From the NCBI GenBank assembly GCA_016930555.1, contig JAFGGM010000051.1, positions 4,715 through 68,714 on the forward strand: 64,000 nucleotides of DNA, given 5' to 3'. Made by a program: the position numbers and the translations under genes. The notes under the pieces were generated by a model. The model was not told the origin of the DNA. It was given only the letters and a program-made list of their open reading frames with translations, and searched no databases. This DNA is from Candidatus Bathyarchaeum sp. GTDB lineage: Archaea; Thermoproteota; Bathyarchaeia; Bathyarchaeales; Bathyarchaeaceae. This document shows, piece after piece, positions 61,136 to 64,000 of this stretch (position 1 is the first letter of the stretch; the number at the start of each line of letters is the position of its first letter).

Positions 61136-62227
61136 GTGAAGAAAATGTCAGAAACAGCCCTGATTTACTCACACAGTTACCTACACCACAAAACTGGACA
61201 CCGCCATCCCGAGTCACCTTCCCGCCTCAGAGTAATAATGAGAGAACTGAACAAGAATGGAATCCTTGAAAACGAAAGATGCATGATTGTCAAACCAGAA
61301 CCCATAAGCATCAAAGACCTGCAACTAGTCCATAAGAGGGACTACATTCAGCAAATCAATCATATATGCAACTGTGGTGGCGGATTACTGGACAAAGAAG
61401 ACACTGTAGTTTCTGCACGAAGTTATGAAGTAGCTCGTTTAGCTGCTGGAGGAGCATTGAAGGCGGCGGATATGGTTATGCAAGGAAAAGTCAGAAATGC
61501 CTTCGCCTTTGTTAGACCCCCAGGACATCATGCTGGACCAGACTATCCTATGGGCTTCTGTATCTTCAATAATGTTGCATTAGCTGCAGCTTATCTGCAA
61601 AAACGGTTTGGTCTGGAACGAGTTTTAATTCTGGACATAGATGCCCATCATGGGAACGGGACACAGGACATCTTCTACAGAAGCAACAAGGTACTTTATG
61701 TCAGTCTTCATGAGGACCCTATCGAGTTTCCTTTAACAGGGTTCGTTGACGAAGTCGGCGAAGACAAGGGGCAGGGATACAGTGTGAACATTCCACTACC
61801 TTATGGCACAGGCGACAAAATCTACCTCCGAGCCTTCAATGAGATTGCGGCACCCATCATCAACCAATACAAACCCCAGTTCATTCTGGTTTCCACAGGA
61901 TTTGACAATCATTACGCAGACCCAGTAGGAAACATGTCCCTGTCAGCTTATAGCTACACCAAAATCTTTGACCATATTTTAGAGTCGGCAGAAAAGTTTT
62001 GTCAAGGAAAAGTTGTGGCAGTTCTGGAGGGTGGATACGGCATGAGGTTTCTTGGAACGATGACATATGCAGTTACTGCAAAAATGGCTAAAATTCCCTA
62101 CAGCTTCAGAGATAAGCATCAAGGGACAAGTGTCAAGGTCAGGAGAAAAGGAGAAAAAACAATAAACAAAGTAAAAAAGATTCAATCATACTTCTGGAAT
62201 ATAAACTCGCAAAAAATGTCAAGCTAG
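61136..62227 (+). CDS. Zn-dependent histone-deacetylase-family hydrolase
   Basis: HPESP.R, RPPGHHA, GFCIFNN, DIDAHHGNGTQ, GFD...DP, LEGGY. Confidence 0.93.
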   Translation: MKKMSETALIYSHSYLHHKTGHRHPESPSRLRVIMRELNKNGILENERCMIVKPEPISIKDLQLVHKRDYIQQINHICNCGGGLLDKEDTVVSARSYEVARLAAGGALKAADMVMQGKVRNAFAFVRPPGHHAGPDYPMGFCIFNNVALAAAYLQKRFGLERVLILDIDAHHGNGTQDIFYRSNKVLYVSLHEDPIEFPLTGFVDEVGEDKGQGYSVNIPLPYGTGDKIYLRAFNEIAAPIINQYKPQFILVSTGFDNHYADPVGNMSLSAYSYTKIFDHILESAEKFCQGKVVAVLEGGYGMRFLGTMTYAVTAKMAKIPYSFRDKHQGTSVKVRRKGEKTINKVKKIQSYFWNINSQKMSS

Positions 62228-62350
62228 CGCTCATATTAGGAGCCTATTGGTAGAAGATTATTGAAAACAGTATTTTTCAAAAATTAGAGAAAAGGTTGGG
62301 GAAATCTGGTTGTTTCCCCCGAAAGGGGATTGCCAAAAGTTGTGTCGAGT

Positions 62351-62533
62351 TTACTCGATGACTTCAATGGCGCCTTCTGGGCACTCCATCTCGCATGCAC
62401 GACAAACAAGACAGTCGTCAACGTTTACTGGAACAGACTTACCGTCTTTCATTTCGTAAACGCCAACAGGACAGGTGTCAACACATGTTTCGCATCCAGT
62501 GCATTTTTCTGCATCGACTTTGATTTCAACCAT
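62351..62533 (-). CDS. 2x[4Fe-4S] ferredoxin
   Basis: CTGCETCVDTCP and CLVCRACEMECP. Confidence 0.93.
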   Translation of the reverse strand: MVEIKVDAEKCTGCETCVDTCPVGVYEMKDGKSVPVNVDDCLVCRACEMECPEGAIEVIE

Positions 62534-62606
62534 TATCTAATCAACTCCGTTTTTAGAATTTAACCAAAACTAAGCAATACAATAAAAACGTTTTGTAAAA
62601 AAGGAA

Positions 62607-64000
62607 CTATTCACGGAGCCTCAATAAAACTCTGTCAATTGTTGTTTTAGCTGCTTCAATTCTGCCTTGATACTCCTCAAGAAGCTTTCCATAGGCACCC
62701 TTAGAGACTTCTCCCCGCTTGTACCGTGCCTTCACCCGCTGCATGTCCCGTTCTGCGCCTTCAAGATTTGTTTCAGCAACTTCAATCTGCCTCATCATAT
62801 TTGCATATTTAGAACCAGCACCACGAATCTTCTCGCGAAGAGTGACTAGAGTTCTGGTTACTGTAGCAAGGCGTGAGTCTAGCATTTTCTTTCTGACTTT
62901 GTATCTGCGTCGTGGAATCTTTCCTTTCCGTAACCGTTCTTCCAGAGATTCAAGTTCTTCCCGAATTGTGGCTTTTTCTTCGTATGACTCAATGAAGCTT
63001 TTGAGTTCTGTTGAAGGAACCTGACTTGTTGAAACAGAAAGCGTTTGTGGGGCAACTCGGAAGAAGAGAAATGCTGACGCGACAATAGCGATGATTCCCA
63101 TCCAGATGGTTGGGTAAAATGAAGCCCAGAACACATCATATTTATAATCTATTTCAAAGTTGAGGTCATCGGAAGGCTCCACATCAGATAAACTGAAGGA
63201 CAAGCCGTCGTCCGTGCTTACTGGATCCAAAGGAGTAGATGACTGGAATTTGGCGCCAGTAGGAAGAACAATGTCGACAGTTAACGTTCCGATTGTTGAG
63301 TTGAATTCCTCAAAGAGGGAAAACTGGAAAGTGAAATCAACTCCATTCGCTTGACTAACGTAACTGTCCCATGGAAGATAGTAACCTATATACAGTTTCA
63401 ATGTTTCATTTGTATCTACACTGTACCGGAGAGTCACATTCAGCAAATTGGTTCCCTCTGTCGTTTCAAGGGTTCCCATTTCATCCCGAACAGAAAAGTC
63501 GTAGGCATTGTCTGGGAAACCAAGTTCGATGTATTCTATCCAGAATCCAACGTTTTCTATTAGATAATCGTTGGTGATGTAGATGTTTCCATTTTGTTTC
63601 AGAGTTATCGTTCGTTCTACCTTAACAATGTTAGTAATAATTGTTGGACGCTGGAATTCGACGTATGTGTAGGAAGTTGGCAATGTGATAGTGTTAAGTG
63701 TACCGAGGGTTCTGTTAGATTCATCGTAAAGGAGGACTTCAGCAAGTGTTGTAGGGCTGACAGATGCCGCATAGATTTCTGCGCCTAGCATATCAACATA
63801 TACCACATGAATTCCTTCAGTTAGATATGTGGCATTTACTACTGCGCCACTGAGAATATTATATGATGCATCATACAGTCCACCGAGGTCAACAGTGTAT
63901 GTTCCTGCTGAGGTTACATTAACCTCCACACCAAAACGAAGATAATTAAACAGACCATCATCATCAGTATCCACACCCTCATCAGTGACTGTGCCTGTAA
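62607..64000 (-). CDS. Single-TM membrane protein with a ribophorin-I-like luminal domain and a cytoplasmic helical tail (5' end lies outside the window)
   Basis: Frame is open to the window edge. DTDDDGLFNYL Ig-like domain, then VERTI...GNI, RDEMG, GYYLP, LTVDIVLPTGAK, a TM helix and a charged coiled-coil. Confidence 0.65.
   Translation of the reverse strand, partial: TGTVTDEGVDTDDDGLFNYLRFGVEVNVTSAGTYTVDLGGLYDASYNILSGAVVNATYLTEGIHVVYVDMLGAEIYAASVSPTTLAEVLLYDESNRTLGTLNTITLPTSYTYVEFQRPTIITNIVKVERTITLKQNGNIYITNDYLIENVGFWIEYIELGFPDNAYDFSVRDEMGTLETTEGTNLLNVTLRYSVDTNETLKLYIGYYLPWDSYVSQANGVDFTFQFSLFEEFNSTIGTLTVDIVLPTGAKFQSSTPLDPVSTDDGLSFSLSDVEPSDDLNFEIDYKYDVFWASFYPTIWMGIIAIVASAFLFFRVAPQTLSVSTSQVPSTELKSFIESYEEKATIREELESLEERLRKGKIPRRRYKVRKKMLDSRLATVTRTLVTLREKIRGAGSKYANMMRQIEVAETNLEGAERDMQRVKARYKRGEVSKGAYGKLLEEYQGRIEAAKTTIDRVLLRLRE

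Noticed and set aside
1..64000. Numerous antisense/overlapping ORFs in the six-frame track (e.g. 4801-5394, 9594-10334, 16652-17203, 24196-24762); also searched for CRISPR arrays, transposases, integrases, rRNA and tRNA
   Set aside because: The ORFs are shadows of well-supported genes on the opposite strand. No repeat-spacer arrays, mobile-element genes or structural RNA genes were recognised by eye.

Overview
Archaeal chromosomal window with roughly 43% GC by eye, TATA-type promoters and many TTG starts. radA, S17e, Cdc6/Orc1 and LysW are present, and the gene content best fits Bathyarchaeia (inference). About 43 kb (4.2-47.7 kb) is an amino-acid biosynthesis supercluster: ilvD, leuA/cimA-ilvB-ilvN-ilvC, a LysM-flanked LysW/alpha-aminoadipate lysine pathway, an aconitase/ATP-citrate lyase/isocitrate dehydrogenase operon, the archaeal aspartate-semialdehyde-type shikimate/Phe/Tyr operon, and glyA. 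It is followed by an HTH-fused Fae-Hps, a RidA pseudogene, housekeeping genes (TatD, S17e, SAMP/MoaD, RimI/Ard1, radA, JAMM, moaB, moaC, cdc6) and a truncated ribophorin-I-like membrane protein. The most notable signal, absent from the ORF track, is a 24-aa leader peptide (MNSQSTTKWNTFWQFYSFGYFYYK, 10 aromatic residues) with mutually exclusive RNA stems heading the aromatic operon. A second Trp-Trp uORF lies inside the same operon. Together they are a candidate ribosome-mediated attenuation system in an archaeon. No rRNA, tRNA, CRISPR or mobile element was recognised. All calls come from reading motifs by eye; no database searches were run.
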